NCBI GenBank assembly: GCA_050613775.1
Contig: JBODTK010000132.1
Location: 248,001 to 312,000 of the forward strand
DNA length: 64,000 nucleotides
Source of the DNA: Neocallimastix sp. 'constans'
Lineage: Eukaryota
Direction: 5' to 3'
Shown here piece after piece: positions 1-18,801 of the stretch. Numbering within the stretch: position 1 is the stretch's first letter; every line of letters begins with the position of its first letter. The notes beneath the pieces are model-generated. The model did no database searches. It saw only the letters and a list, made by a program, of their open reading frames with translations, and had not been told where the DNA came from. The position numbers and the translations under genes were made by a program.

Positions 1-479
1 AATATTTTCTTAATCATTTTATAACTAAAAAGACTGAGTAATTAATATTAATTTATTCATAATAAATAAATAAATTTAAATAATAAAAATAAATAAATTT
101 AAATAATAAAAATAAATAAATTTAATATTAAAAATAATATATAATTGTATAAATAAAATAATTAAATATTAATAAATAATAATTAGATATAAATAATAAA
201 TAATTTTTTAAGATCTAGCTAAAATTAATAAATAATAATTAGATATATATAATAAATAATTTTTTAAGATCTAGCAAAAATTAAACATTTGTACATTAAA
301 GTATTATAAATATTTCATATCATTTTATTATGTGACATTTTGAATGTAAGAGTATAAAATAAATAATAATAATTAACCATACCTACATTAAAAAGCTGAA
401 ATTATAAGATTGTTTTTAAAATAAGCATTAATTAATAATTGGAATATTTACCAAACAAGTGTAAACTGTTCAAGTTTAA

Positions 480-1240
480 ATATTAAATTAAATAAAGAAA
501 TATATTAAAAAAAGAAGTATGTTAAAAAAATTCCTATGTATGGTGAAGGAGAAAGAAAAGATAATGTGTGGAAACTAAAAAAAATCTTTATATGGACATA
601 AACAAAGTACTTATTAATGGAAAAAAGAAATAAAAATTAAAATAATAGTCATTATTGCTTTTTATTAAGGGTATTGTTTAGAGAAGTCAATAGAAGTATT
701 TCAGGAGCGCTACTATTATATATTGATGACATTTAAATTTTAGGAATAAATCATTTATATACGAAACCAAACAATACCTGATGAATAAATATAAATGTAA
801 TATAATGGACTAGCAAAATACATTTTCTGGATAGAAATATTAAAGGATAAATATAACAATTATTGAATTACACAAAGGAATTATACATAAAAATTTAATT
901 GATAAGTATTTAAATATATTATCATTAAGAGCTTTCGAAGTATCATAGCCTAGAATTATTAAACTAGAATGAGAATAAAGAATTAGAAAATAAAACTCTT
1001 TACAGGTCAGTAATTGGAGCTTTAATACATTTGTGTGAATTTACTCACTCGGATATTATTTTTACATCAAATTTACAAGCTAGGTTTTCCAATTATCCAA
1101 AAAAAAAAAAAAAAAAAAAAAAAAAACCCATACTAAATTAATTATAAAAACTTTAAGATATTTAATGGGAATTGTATATTGGGGAATAACATTTATTAAA
1201 GAAAAGGATTTCAAGTTTTATACAGACGCAGATTATAACA
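480..1240 (+). mobile_element. Decayed Ty1/Copia pol fragment (reverse transcriptase to start of RNase H)
   Basis: Manual translation across frameshifts and stops gives VWKLKK/SLYGHKQS (cf. LYGLKQS), LLYIDDI (YVDD catalytic motif), SVIGALIHLCEFTHSDI (cf. S.IGSL.YL...TRPDI) and YTDADY (RNase H start), in Copia order. Confidence 0.8.
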
Positions 1241-2995
1241 TACCAATGTATAATTGGTGGAATCTACACATTTTCCTATTATAGCACCTTCGTAAGAACA
1301 AGTTCTAACAATATAAATTATTATTTTTTCATTTTCATTTGGAATTTTTATACAATACTCTTATTAATCATAACTCGCTTCAACACAAATATTATTTTTA
1401 CAATAGAAGCTTATAAGGTATTCATTTTGTATTTGCAACACTTGTTTTTTTTTTTTTTTTTTTTTTTTTTTGGTTAGTATGTCGCCACATTCACAGGAGT
1501 TAGCAAATTGAAGATAGAATGAATATAATAATGAGGATTATTAAAACAACTTTATTGCTCATTGTATATTATTTTAATAATTTTGTTATTATATAAATAT
1601 ATTAGAATAGTTAGATATTTATGATTAATATTATACAAAAAATCACATTAATTTGTACTATAGTACATATTATAAGATATGAGCGATTTTTTTATTTTTT
1701 AATGTAATATATACTTTATAATTTAGGCTTTTGTAAATTACTATTCCTTACAAATTTACTTTTGAGAAATATTCAACTGTAAATATTAGACATAGTATAT
1801 TCAATATAAATAATATAAAATAATTATATAAATTATAAATTAAAAAATTAAAAATATTATTACCTTTTATTTTATGTTATTGATCATTAATATTTTAGTA
1901 ATATCATGTGCCACTCTACCAATTATTTTAAATATAATTATTATTAATTAAATAAAAATATAATAATTTTATTTATATAAAACAATAAATAATGCTACCA
2001 ACTATATAAACAATAATAATTTTAATATTATTTTATAATAATTTTAATATTATTTTATTTTAAATTATTTAACATTTTACTCCAACATTTAAATACATTT
2101 CATTAATTAATGTACACTTTAATGTATTCTTGTGACCAAATTATGATTATTTTATTTATTTATATTAAAAGTTGTGATATACACAAAATTAATAAATATA
2201 AATTAATAATTAAAAAGTTAACATATATTTTAATATATATTATTAAAATAAAAATAATAATATTTCTAAATTTATTTTTATTTTTATATATTATTATTTT
2301 ATAAAAAAACATATAATGAAAAAAAAATTTTTTTTTTATTATATGTTTTTTTTTTTTTTTTAATTTTATTTTATTTTTATATTTTTTTTAAAAAAGAAAA
2401 ATATAAAAAAAAATATTTAAAAACATAAGTCGTCACGTTGGTGTCATAAATATTTTTTTAAACTTTCGAAGTAAAGTAAAATAGTTTTAAAAAAGAATTA
2501 ATATAATTAAAAGGTAATAAATTAATATTCCAAATTTTCTTTTAAATACCGTATTTTTTTTAAGAATAATTATATACGTTTAAAATAAGTAAAAAAAAAA
2601 AAAAAGATGAAACCATATAAAAATAACATTATTCAAATTATTTCTTTAAAGTTCTTTACCAAATGATAAAATTAATATTAGTTTACTATAGTAAAATAAG
2701 TTTAATATATGAATTAATAAAAATATATTAATAAGAATTATATTGATAATAACGGAATATAAAGCAAATATAACAATTGAAATTTATCAAAAACAAACAA
2801 TTAAACTTTGAAGAATGTGATTAAATTTTTTTTTTTTTTTTTTTTATATAAAATCAGAGAATTAAAATATATTATTATTTTATTTTATTTTAATTTATAA
2901 TATATATTTATAACTAACCTCTATCAATATTCTTTATTAATTATAAATATAAAAAATGATATAAAATATTAATATTAAAATCTAAAGAAAATAGT

Positions 2996-3640
2996 ATGAA
3001 TAAATCGTTTGTCCAATCTCAAATGGCTTCTTCACATCAAACTGTAAATCCTCAAGTAACTAACCAATCTTCTTCTCAACAAGCTGTTCAATTTCAAACT
3101 CTTCAAACCTACAATAACTCAATTTTACACCCACAGCCAACTAGAAATATTCATACTACAAAACCACCAGTTGGTTCGGATGAATGGTTAAAACAACGTC
3201 GAGCTAATCATAAGGAAGTTGAACGTAGAAGACGTGAAACCATTAATGAAGGTATTAATGAATTAGCTAAACTTATTCCAGAAGACGAAAAGAATAAGGG
3301 AAGAATTATTGCACGTGCTGTACAGTATATACAACGTTTAAAAGAACAAGAAACAACTAATCTTGAAAAATGGACTTTGGAAAAATTATTATGTGAACAA
3401 GCGTAAATATCATTTTATATATATTATGAATTTTTAAAAAAGTTATATATATATATATAAATTAAAAAAAAAAAAAAAAAAAAATAGAATAAAAAAAAAT
3501 AAAATTATTGTTATAATATTATTTTTATCTTTATATTATATTTATAATTATTATTATTATTATATTTATTATTATTACTTTTATTATTATTATTATTATT
3601 ATATTTATTATTATTACTTTTATTGTTATTATTATTATTA

Positions 3641-3675
<35 letters not shown>

Positions 3676-4019
3676 TTATTATTATTTTTATTATTATATT
3701 TATTATTATTATTATTATTATTTATATGAAAAATTATTAATAATATTTTAATTTTATTTATTTAAATAGTATTAGTGAGTTAAGTTTACAAGTTGAAACT
3801 TTGAAGCATCAAAATTCACAATTGAAAGCTCAATTAGCTGCGCTCACACAACAATTGCAATCACAATATCAAACTACTAATGCAGCTGCTGCTACAACTG
3901 CTTCACAGAATACTACAACAACAACAAATCAAAATGCATCAACTACACAAGAATCACAAGTTGATAAAATAGCTACCAGTAAAACTGAAAAAGAAAAAGA
4001 TAAAAAAAAAAGAAATTAA
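2996..4019 (+). CDS. CBF1: bHLH-zipper transcription factor, Cbf1/centromere-binding factor 1-like; exons 2996-3402 and 3770-4019
   Basis: KPPVGSDEWLKQRRANHKEVERRRRETINEGINELAKLIP...NKGRIIARAVQYIQRLKE..NLEKWTLEKLLCEQA matches the fungal Cbf1 pattern. The GT-AG intron 3403-3769 joins in frame to AISELSLQVETLK. Extra 5' exons cannot be excluded. Confidence 0.85.
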
Positions 4020-4724
4020 TTTAAAAAAAAAAAAAAAAAAAAGAAAAAAGATAAAGAATATATATATATATATATATTTGTTTAATTTAAATTATTTATA
4101 TATCTATAGATATATAAATATATGTATATCTTTTTTTTTTTTTTTAACCTATTATGTTATTACATCTTTTAATTACTACTAATATTAATATGGAATATAT
4201 ATATATCTTAAAAAAGTTTTTTAATACACCAAATTTCAATATATACATATATATTTTTTATTCTATTATATATATAATATATATATATATATATTTTATA
4301 AATATTTATTTATCTCTTTTATTTTTATTTTTTTATTTTTATTTTTATTTTTATTTTTATTTTTTTTTTTTTTTTATTTTAAAGTAAAATATAATCAAAA
4401 ATAAAAATAAATAAAATATTAATAATATATTAATTATTAATATTAATAAATTATTATTATTATTGTATATAATATAATATTTCATTTTTTATTGTATATA
4501 TATAAATAGTCTTTATTGCAAATAAATACAAATAAATAAATAAAATATTTATAATAAAATAAAATAAAATAAAATAAATAAAAAAATAATATAAAAATAA
4601 AATAATAAAAAAATAAAAATAAAAAATAAAGTATTAAAAAAATAATATATATTAAATATATATATATTAATAAATAAATAAATAAATAAATAGGTTATTT
4701 TGTTAAAAAAAAAGAAGTTTTAAT

Positions 4725-9560
<4,836 letters not shown>

Positions 9561-10629
9561 CTTTTATTATTAATTTCTTAAATATTAGAATAAAAACAAT
9601 TTAAATAAAATACTTCAAATTTAAATAAAATACTTCAGTTCTTTCAACCTTTTTTATACTTTTAATTTTATTTATTTTATTTTTTAATATAAACGTGATG
9701 GATATGTTTTATTTATAATAAAAAAAAAACATATATATATAATATAATTTTTATTATTAAGAATTTTTTAATTAATAAAAAAATATATATATGTATTTGA
9801 ATAAACTTTCATTGCTTTATTATTAAAAAGTGTTTAATATATTGTATACATGTTAGGTATAAAAATACATTATAAATATATAAATATATATATTAAGATA
9901 AAGAAAATATATATATATAAAATGTATCAAATATATAAAAAAAATATTCAAAATAAAATTTAATAAAAAATAAAGTTAATGTTATACAATAAAAATAAAA
10001 AGAAAAATTTTAAAAGTTTTTATGTTATTATGATATGAATAGAGAACATTTCTACCAAAGAAATATTTAATAAAATAAAACAAGGAAAAAAAAAGTTAAC
10101 ATCTCTAAAGTAGATAGTGTGGAGACCACTAAACTTTCCCTCATACCAAAAGAAATATTACTAGAAAATTCAATTACCGAAAGATTTGTTGTGTAAAGAA
10201 CAATTATTACTATTTGTATAAGATATACTCAATGGAAACTAGTAATAGAGGTACTTCTTTGTGTTATTGGTTTCGACATTAAGAAAAGTTACACAAAACA
10301 ATTTAAAAAAAAAATTTTTTATTTTTATAAAATCATTTTTTATTTATTTATTTATTAATTTTTTATTTAATTTTTTAATATTATTAATATTGTTATTATT
10401 TATTATTATTGTTGTTGTTGTTGTTATTGTTATTATTGTTATTATTATTATTATTTAATAATAATAAAGTGAATGGAAAAAAAAGTTATAATAATGATTA
10501 ATATTAATAATAATATTTATATATTATATTAAAATAAATAATAACTATTTTTAATAGAAATACTAGTGAAATGTTAGTAGTTATATATATACATAATAGA
10601 TTTTAGAATATAAAAAAATTGAAAAAAAA

Positions 10630-10802
10630 AAAAATATTATTAAATATTAATAATAATTTTTAAAAAAGAAAGATGAAAAAAATTATTATTAAATATTAAT
10701 AATAATTTTTAAAAAAGAAAGATGAAAAAATTATTATTAAATATTAATAATAATTTTAAATGAAAAATAAAAAAATTATTATTAAATATTAATAATAATT
10801 TT
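10630..10802. repeat. Short tandem repeat (about 50-bp unit, 3-4 copies)
   Basis: ATTATTATTAAATATTAATAATAATTTT recurs (first copy slightly divergent), twice followed by AAAAAAGAAAGATGAAAAAA. Confidence 0.7.
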
Positions 10803-11034
10803 TATAAGAAAACTATTAGAAAATATTATGAATCAAAAAAAAAAAAAAAAAAAAAAAGAAATAATCATAATAAAAAATAAAAAAAGAAAGAAATATATAT
10901 AGTAAATATATAAATAAATAATTTTTCAATGCTTTATATCTATTTAAATAGAATATATCATTCGAAAATTTTTTATTTATATAGTATTATATAATATTTT
11001 CTTTTTATTTTTTTTTTCATTTTATTTTATATTA

Positions 11035-11071
<37 letters not shown>

Positions 11072-11179
11072 AAAAAAAAAGTATATTTGAAGCTTCAATT
11101 AGTTTGTTTTTATATATATATATTTATATTTTTTTTTTTCTTTAAACTTTCATGTTTTTTTTTTTTTTTTTTGTTTTAA

Positions 11180-12389
11180 TTAAACATTTTTTGGTTTATT
11201 CTTAACGATGAGAACAGGGCATTCAGCATGGTTAACACAGTATTCAGAAACCGAACCCACAAATATTCTTTTTATATAAAATATTATAATTTTAATGAGA
11301 TTGATACAAATATAAATTAAATATAAAATATAATATATAAATCCTTTATTTTTATTTCTTTATTCATTTATTATTATTTTTTTTTAAAATAAAAAAAGTA
11401 GTATAATTATAATTAAATTATAATTATTATAAATATTATCATTTATTATTATATATTATTTATTATTTATTACTTTTTATTTATTATTTAGTATTATTAT
11501 TATTTATCATTATTAAGTATTTATTATTTACTATTTATTATTTACTATTTATTATTTACTATTTATCATTATTACTATTTATTTAATAACTGTAAAAATT
11601 ATTTATTGACATTAAATAATGAATTTAAAATTATAAAAAAAAAAAAAAAAAAAAAATTAAAAAGAAAAAAAGAAAAAAAGTAAAAAAAATAAAAAGAAAA
11701 AGAAATCAAACTTACTTCTTAAAGGAGCCCATACCACGACTACCCATAACTAATAAATCGGCTCCAAGATCATTAGCTTTACGAACAATTTCTTCTTTAG
11801 GCTCACCTTTCATAGCAATAGCTCTACAAGAGAACTATTATATAAAATAAAAAAATTTTAAAAGAAAAGTAAATTTTTTTTTTTTTTAGTCAAGTAGTAA
11901 AATTTATATTAATAATTAACTATATGAATTAATAAAATAATTATATAATAAAATATATATAAATATATATAGAGGTATATTTTTTTTACATTCAAATCTT
12001 GATAAATTTTTAAATAGTCCTTAAGAAGATCATGAGAAGTCTTTTTATTCTACAAAATATTATTAAAAAAAAATTATAAATTATTTAGTTTATTAGTATG
12101 GTTTAACATTCAATTTTATAAAATTTATAATATTATACACTAATATTAAATTATTACCTTTTCATCAGTTTCAGAACTTAAAGCTAATAAAAAAAAATTA
12201 ATAATAAAAATTTTTTATAATAGCAATAATAATATTATTAATAATGCTAACATTTAAATTCAAATACTGTATAAATAATATATTATTATTACCAATAGAA
12301 TTTCTGACATTAATGAAAATAACTAAATCATTCTTTTTATTAATGAAATGATTTAAGGCCCAATTAACAGCATATCGACTATTTTCTAT

Positions 12390-12420
<31 letters not shown>

Positions 12421-12625
12421 TTAAATATTTAAAAAAATTATATATGATATATATATGTGTGTGAATAAGTGTATGTATTTATTATTATTATTAATATAAT
12501 TTTTATCATAATTATTATTAATCGTATTAATCTTTCAATTTAATATATAATTCATTGAATTTTTTTTTTTTTTTTTTTTTAGTTTAATTTAATATTTATT
12601 TTTTCTTTATTATTGTTTATATATA

Positions 12626-12709
<84 letters not shown>

Positions 12710-13365
12710 TATTACCTGAAGAATCAATAGCAACCATGATAACTTTAGAAAATTGAGAAGATTTAAGAGAATTAGTATTGATGACGGAGGAATTAGCCGC
12801 ATTAACTGGAATAGGATCCATATTTGGATAGAGTAGGGTTTCTTCTTCAGCTTTTAGATTGGCTTCTTCACGTTCTCTTTCTTTTTCTTGTTCTCTTTCC
12901 CATTCTTTTTCTCTATCTTGTTCCATAATTTCTAATTTTTCAGCTTTTTCTCTAGCCATTTTATTTTCCTTTTCAAGTTCAATTTCTCTTTTATTTTTAG
13001 CTAACATATAAGCTGAAAGAGTACTAGCCTGTTGAGCATCATAATTAGAGTTAAGAGTAGTAGTATCTGATCCAACCGTAGCATTTGTAGAAGAAACATA
13101 ACTGCCATCCGTTTCAGATTTATATTTTGGTAAAGTTGAAGAATGGATTACATGAACATCTTTAGCATTGTATGGACCTGGTTTTAAATGGGAATCATCT
13201 TCATCATCTTTGCCTAAAGTTGGATAACTTTTTTCCTTTTTATTTGGTGTTAATTTATCGATAACGGTGTCCATCATTTCTTTTGCTGAATCTTTAGCTC
13301 TTTCATACATTGGTTTTTTTTCTATGAGAAATGTGAAATAAATAAATATAATTATATAAATTGCC

Positions 13366-13397
<32 letters not shown>

Positions 13398-13481
13398 GTA
13401 AAATATATATGTATGTCAATAAATCATATAAATTTTTTAATAATTATAATAAATATAAATATATATATATATATATTATAA

Positions 13482-13514
<33 letters not shown>

Positions 13515-14389
13515 TTATTTATTTATTTATTTATTTATTTTTTTTATATAATGATAATATAAATACCTATTTCAGAATTAGAGTTTAAATGTTCGTAATC
13601 ATTTTCTTTAGTAGTAGTATTAGTAGCAGTAGCAGAAGTAGTTAAATTTTCATTTTTATTATTATTTTTTTTCATTTCGTTTAATTGATCTTCCGTTAAT
13701 GGTAATCCATTTTCACGAGATTGAAGAGTTTGACTAATTTGATGGTAGGTACTGTCATTATTAGCCTTTGTCATATTTAAAGATTTCATTTTTTCAGTAA
13801 TATAATCAGAATCAGAACCATTAAAACTTTTTCTGTCCTTCTCTCTTTCAACATCATCATAACTCTTTTTATTATTGCTGCTATCATTGCCATTTTCAAT
13901 TATAATTTCAGAATAGTTTGGAATTGCTTGAGAATCATGACCACTGTTTTTATTAGTAGTATAATTTTTAAATTCATCATAATAATCATAGTTGTTATTT
14001 TTAACATCTAAAAGGTTTCCCTTTTTCTCTTCTTCTTTTTTCATTACCACATTTCCATTATGTACTACATTAGTTTTAGTGTTATATTTGTAAGGAATCG
14101 AAGCATTATGCTCCTTTGAATAAGGATCATTGTAATTAATATCATAGGATTCAGAATGATCTTCAGTTAAAGTATCATGATCCATATTTCCATTTTTATG
14201 GTCACTATTACTTTCCATGGCAGCAGTAGTTTTATCTAAACCTTTCTTAATTTTATTAGAGGAATTCTTAATAGTTTTCTTTAACTTAGAGCCTAATTTT
14301 TCAGTGAAATTCTTTTCACTTGAACCCTTAGTCAAAGGATATTGTTCATTCATGGAGTTTGTAGAAACCATTGTATCTTCTTTAGTCAT
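11180..14389 (-). CDS. Universal stress protein (UspA-like domain) with long low-complexity N-terminal extension; about 7 exons
   Basis: Exons 13567-14389 and 12716-13321 splice into KVIMVAIDSSENSRYAVNWALNHFI...; later exons give CRAIAMKGEPKEEIVRKANDLGADLLVMGSRGMGSFK and IFVGSVSEYCVNHAECPVLIVK, the USP G-x2-G-x9-GS ATP-binding signature and terminal CPVLIV. Confidence 0.9.
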
Positions 14390-16050
14390 TTTTCTTAATT
14401 TTTTTTAATAAAAAATAAAAATATTAGATGATTAATATATTTTAAAGTTTTTTTTATTTTTTTAAGAATATATTATAAAATTATATATTTAAAAGGAATG
14501 ATTTTTTAAAAATATTGTGAGGAATTTTTTCGCATTTATACTTTTTTCTTTAATTTTTGACATTTTATTATTAAAGTAATTAAATATCGATTTTTATATA
14601 TAAATTAATAAAAATAATTGTTAAGTAAAATTATAAAAAAAAAGAAAAAAAAAGTTTATTATTAACATTAATTCAAGTTTATAAAAAAAAAAAAAAAAAG
14701 TCAATTATTAACAATATTTCATATTTATAATAAAATAAATGATTAATTAGATTTCATTATTAATTAAATATTATCAAATATTTAATGTATTAATTAATTA
14801 GTTAATAAATAAATAAATAGATAAATAAATAAATAATCAATTAAATAATTAAAATTAGATCTTAATAATCCTTCAAAAAAAAAAAAAAAAAAAAAAAATT
14901 AAAAATAATTAATAAAAATAAATATATATATATTTTTAATATAAATAATTTAATAAAAAAATAAAAAATAAAAAATAAAAATAAAAATAAATGATATGCT
15001 ATAGTGGATTTTAAACTTTTTTTTTTTTTTTTTCAAATAAATGATTAAATCTAAATTAGTGTGAAATTCATTAACAGAAAAAATAATAATAATAATATAA
15101 ACTATTTTTTTTTTTTAAATTATTTTTTTTTTTTTATTTTTGTTAACATTATTAACTCTGTACAATGTATTCTTTTCTTTTCTTTTTTTTTTATTAATCT
15201 AATTAACTAAACTTTGTTTTATTTGTATTTTTTATATATATTTTTTTTATCTTATTTTTATTTTATTTTTTTATATATAATACTAAAATAGTTAATATTT
15301 TTATTTTATAGTTTGTGTTTGAAATATTTTAAAGTATATGATTGTAAAAATAATATAACAACAACAATAATAATAGTAATAATAAAAATTATTTAATTTT
15401 TAAATATGATAACTACTTATTTTTGCTATAGTTTTTTGCATATATTTAAATTCTGTATTTTAATATAATAAATAAAAATATAAAAAATATTTTTACCTAT
15501 TTTTTATTTTAATTTAAATTTAGAATATAAAACAAAACAATAATACCAAACAATATAATACAAAATTAAAAAAAAAAAAAAAAAAAGATGTTTAAACTTA
15601 TTTTTTTTTGTAATTTTTCTAATTTTATGATTTTATTTTAATATTAATAATGTTGACTAATACATATATAATACATATATTTGTCTAATTTTTTTTATTA
15701 TTGTATATTCATATCTATATATAAAAGGAAAATAAAACAATATATAAAAAATAAATAAATAGATAAATAAATAGATAAAATATATTTACTAATTAAATTT
15801 TTATAATCTCATAATTATAAATTATAATATTTTTTATTTCTATTTTTTTTTTTTTTTTTACTTTCTAAATATTTTTTTCATTTCTATTATCTATTATCTT
15901 ATCTTTAATCTTTATGTAATTTTTTTTTTCTTTATTAAATAAAAATAAAAATAAAATAAATTAAATTAACAAATAAATTTAATATTTATTTTCTACATTA
16001 TTTATAATTATTTTTTTTTTAAAGATAATTTCTTTTTTTCTTCTTTTTAT

Positions 16051-18801
16051 CTATTTTGGAGTTTCTAAATCTGGTTGATCTAAAAGTTCACGTTCTTCTC
16101 TTAATATACAAAGTACAGAATTTATATCTTTAGAAGTATCTTTTTCAGTAATTGAAGCCTTTAATAAATCTTCTTCAAAGCAAGTTAATGAAACATTTGC
16201 ATTTTGTACTAAAATTTCAGCTTCTATTGAATTACGTCTAATATGACTACCTTGTCTAACAATATCCTTTTCTTTTTCCTTTTCCTTATTAAATGGATAA
16301 ACTGGTGGAACCTTCTTAGAATAGGTATTACTTTGTCCATCTCCTTCTTCTTCTTTACGTTTATTACTTCCAAAATGTCTTGGTAAAGTTTTTGAATAAT
16401 AAAGCTTATTATTATATTTAACAGATGTAGTATCATTAGGTTGATAATTTTCTTTATTATCAAAATCTTTAAAGCTTGTAAGTTCTTGTCTGTTAACGGA
16501 TGGTTTAGTATTAAAGTATTCCAATTTATCCTTAGCATGTGTGAAATCTTGACTACGATTTCTTCTATGACCAGAATTCTTTCTTTTTAATGATAAATCA
16601 TTATTACTCGATTTAGAATCTACTTCTTCCATACCAATGGGTTTGGGATTTTTATTCTTACTACGACGAATGGTACAATAAGAACCTGCAATATTTCTAA
16701 CTTGATTATTATATATATCTCTACCTCCAATAGCATCCGTCAATATATCTGGTACCATTAATTCTTCATTTAAAGCTTGTCCAGAATATAATTCACCATC
16801 GGTACCAAATCGTGTAGATTTTGGTGTTGGTGGAGTAGGTACAGCATGATTGAAAGCAGAAAGAACTGGGGGTACTCTTAGAGTTGTTATTCCACTAGCA
16901 CTTGTAGTAACAGAATTTATAGTATTATGACGACTTAAAGTATTATTTGAAGAAAGATCATCTTCTATACTTCCACTTAGGGGCTCATCGTAACCTCCTA
17001 ATCTAGAACTATTAGTATTACTATTATTGGTCGCTTTACTTCTTGAGCTAGTATTACGGTTAAGTGTATTTTTCTTTACACTAGTATTTCTTGATAAAGT
17101 ATTATTATTACTGGAAGTATAGTTTCTTATAGAACTATTCTTTTTCAAAATTGATTTCTTAGGAGCAATATTTGGTTTTGGTGAATGTTTAACCACATTA
17201 CTATTATCATTAATACTATTATTAATGTCATTATTATTTTCAATTTCTGACTTATCACTAGTTAAACTTGAACTAGATTTCACATCGAGTATTGGTTTTG
17301 AGACTAATGTTAATTTTGAAGATATTTTATCATTACCATCAGAACTACTATCTTTTACTATTGACTTTTCTTTTGAAATTGAGACATCTTTTTCATTAAA
17401 CTCACTATCTAAAATTGATTTTCTTGCATTTTGAATAATATTTTCACTATTATCAACTTTTGAAACTTCTTCAGAATCTAAAACTTTTTCTGGATCTTCA
17501 ACGACATTATTTTTAAGATATTTATCCTCATTGGAATTATTTTGAATTTGATCTTCTATATCTGTAATTTCTTCTGTAGCTAGAATTTGTTCTGGACGAT
17601 TAATAACATTATTATTAACATATCTTTGTTTAACACTTTTTGATAAATTATTAACATTATTTAATCCATCAAGACTTGATGACTGTGAAAGATTAGAATT
17701 GTTATTATTATTATTATTACTGAATTCAGAATTATACCAGTTATTTGAATGAGAAGAACTCGCTTTGTGTGCAGGTTTTGGAATAGCAATATCTAAAGTT
17801 GATGTCTCAAATTTCATATCAATACAATATTGATTGGTACTATATGATTCATCTTTTCGGTCTGATAATAAAAATTCGGTTGAAGGTATATGTGTCATAT
17901 CAATATTTTTTTCTTTATTTATGTTAATATTATTATCAATTATATTAATATTCATCAAGTCATTACCATTTTTAGTATTGGAAGTCATTTTACTTTCATT
18001 AAAATGATTTCCATTAATAGATTCATTGTTATAATATTGAGAATCTAAGATATTGGTGTTTATAGTTGTTTCTTTCATACTATCATTAAATGGTAATGTA
18101 ATATGATTATCTGTTTTAAGAAATTCTGAATCTATTTGATATATACTTTCTGATTTTTCTGATTTAGAATTAATAAGATCTTCTTTCTTATAGTTTCTCT
18201 TACGCTTTTTAAGAAACATGAATAAAACTAATGCTATTACTATTACTGCAGCACTTGATCCAATTCCAATGGCGGTAGAATTCAGAGAAGACGAATTTTT
18301 ATTTTTGACATCTAACTTTTTTTCTGAATTTGAAGAAGGACTAATTGAAGGTATTAATGTCTTATTGGCAGTTTCATTTACTACAGTAGTGGTAGTATTA
18401 TCTATTATATCATTATTATTATTATTATTATTGGTATTATTGATATTACTATTATTACTGATATTACTTTTATTACTGGTATTATTACTTTTATTGGTAT
18501 TATTACTTTTATTAGTATTATTAGTATTATTAGTATTTTCATCTGTTTTATTATTAGTAGTATTTTTATTAGTATTTTTATTATTGGTTTTATTATTGTT
18601 TTTATTATTGCTTTTATTAGTTTTAGATTTATTATTCTGATTTTTATTACTTTCTTTAGCATTGTCTTTCTTATTGGAAATTATTGTACTTTCTCCATTA
18701 TTATTTCCACTATTATTAAAACCATCATTATCTTCACCTATAACAACAGTTGAGGTTTTTGTAGCATCAATGTCATAAACGTTTTGATTTTTTACTGCCA
18801 T
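16051..18801 (-). CDS. Hypothetical single-pass membrane protein (N/S/T-rich N-terminus, one TM helix, long disordered cytoplasmic tail)
   Basis: Uninterrupted 916-aa ORF; hydrophobic AIGIGSSAAVIVIALVLFMFL followed by the basic stop-transfer KKRKR; no recognisable catalytic domain. Confidence 0.8.
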   Translation of the reverse strand: MAVKNQNVYDIDATKTSTVVIGEDNDGFNNSGNNNGESTIISNKKDNAKESNKNQNNKSKTNKSNNKNNNKTNNKNTNKNTTNNKTDENTNNTNNTNKSNNTNKSNNTSNKSNISNNSNINNTNNNNNNNDIIDNTTTTVVNETANKTLIPSISPSSNSEKKLDVKNKNSSSLNSTAIGIGSSAAVIVIALVLFMFLKKRKRNYKKEDLINSKSEKSESIYQIDSEFLKTDNHITLPFNDSMKETTINTNILDSQYYNNESINGNHFNESKMTSNTKNGNDLMNINIIDNNININKEKNIDMTHIPSTEFLLSDRKDESYSTNQYCIDMKFETSTLDIAIPKPAHKASSSHSNNWYNSEFSNNNNNNNSNLSQSSSLDGLNNVNNLSKSVKQRYVNNNVINRPEQILATEEITDIEDQIQNNSNEDKYLKNNVVEDPEKVLDSEEVSKVDNSENIIQNARKSILDSEFNEKDVSISKEKSIVKDSSSDGNDKISSKLTLVSKPILDVKSSSSLTSDKSEIENNNDINNSINDNSNVVKHSPKPNIAPKKSILKKNSSIRNYTSSNNNTLSRNTSVKKNTLNRNTSSRSKATNNSNTNSSRLGGYDEPLSGSIEDDLSSNNTLSRHNTINSVTTSASGITTLRVPPVLSAFNHAVPTPPTPKSTRFGTDGELYSGQALNEELMVPDILTDAIGGRDIYNNQVRNIAGSYCTIRRSKNKNPKPIGMEEVDSKSSNNDLSLKRKNSGHRRNRSQDFTHAKDKLEYFNTKPSVNRQELTSFKDFDNKENYQPNDTTSVKYNNKLYYSKTLPRHFGSNKRKEEEGDGQSNTYSKKVPPVYPFNKEKEKEKDIVRQGSHIRRNSIEAEILVQNANVSLTCFEEDLLKASITEKDTSKDINSVLCILREERELLDQPDLETPK

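Noticed and set aside
1260..1560. Minus-strand CECGDILTK stretch as a Copia RNase H end or small gene
   Set aside because: Opposite strand to the Copia fragment, interrupted by poly(T), and too short to assign.
10040..10290. Slightly GC-richer patch resembling coding sequence
   Set aside because: No sustained frame or recognisable motif; likely an unidentifiable relic.
17225..18662. Antisense and alternative-frame ORFs over the membrane-protein gene
   Set aside because: Shadow ORFs of Asn/Ser-rich codons.
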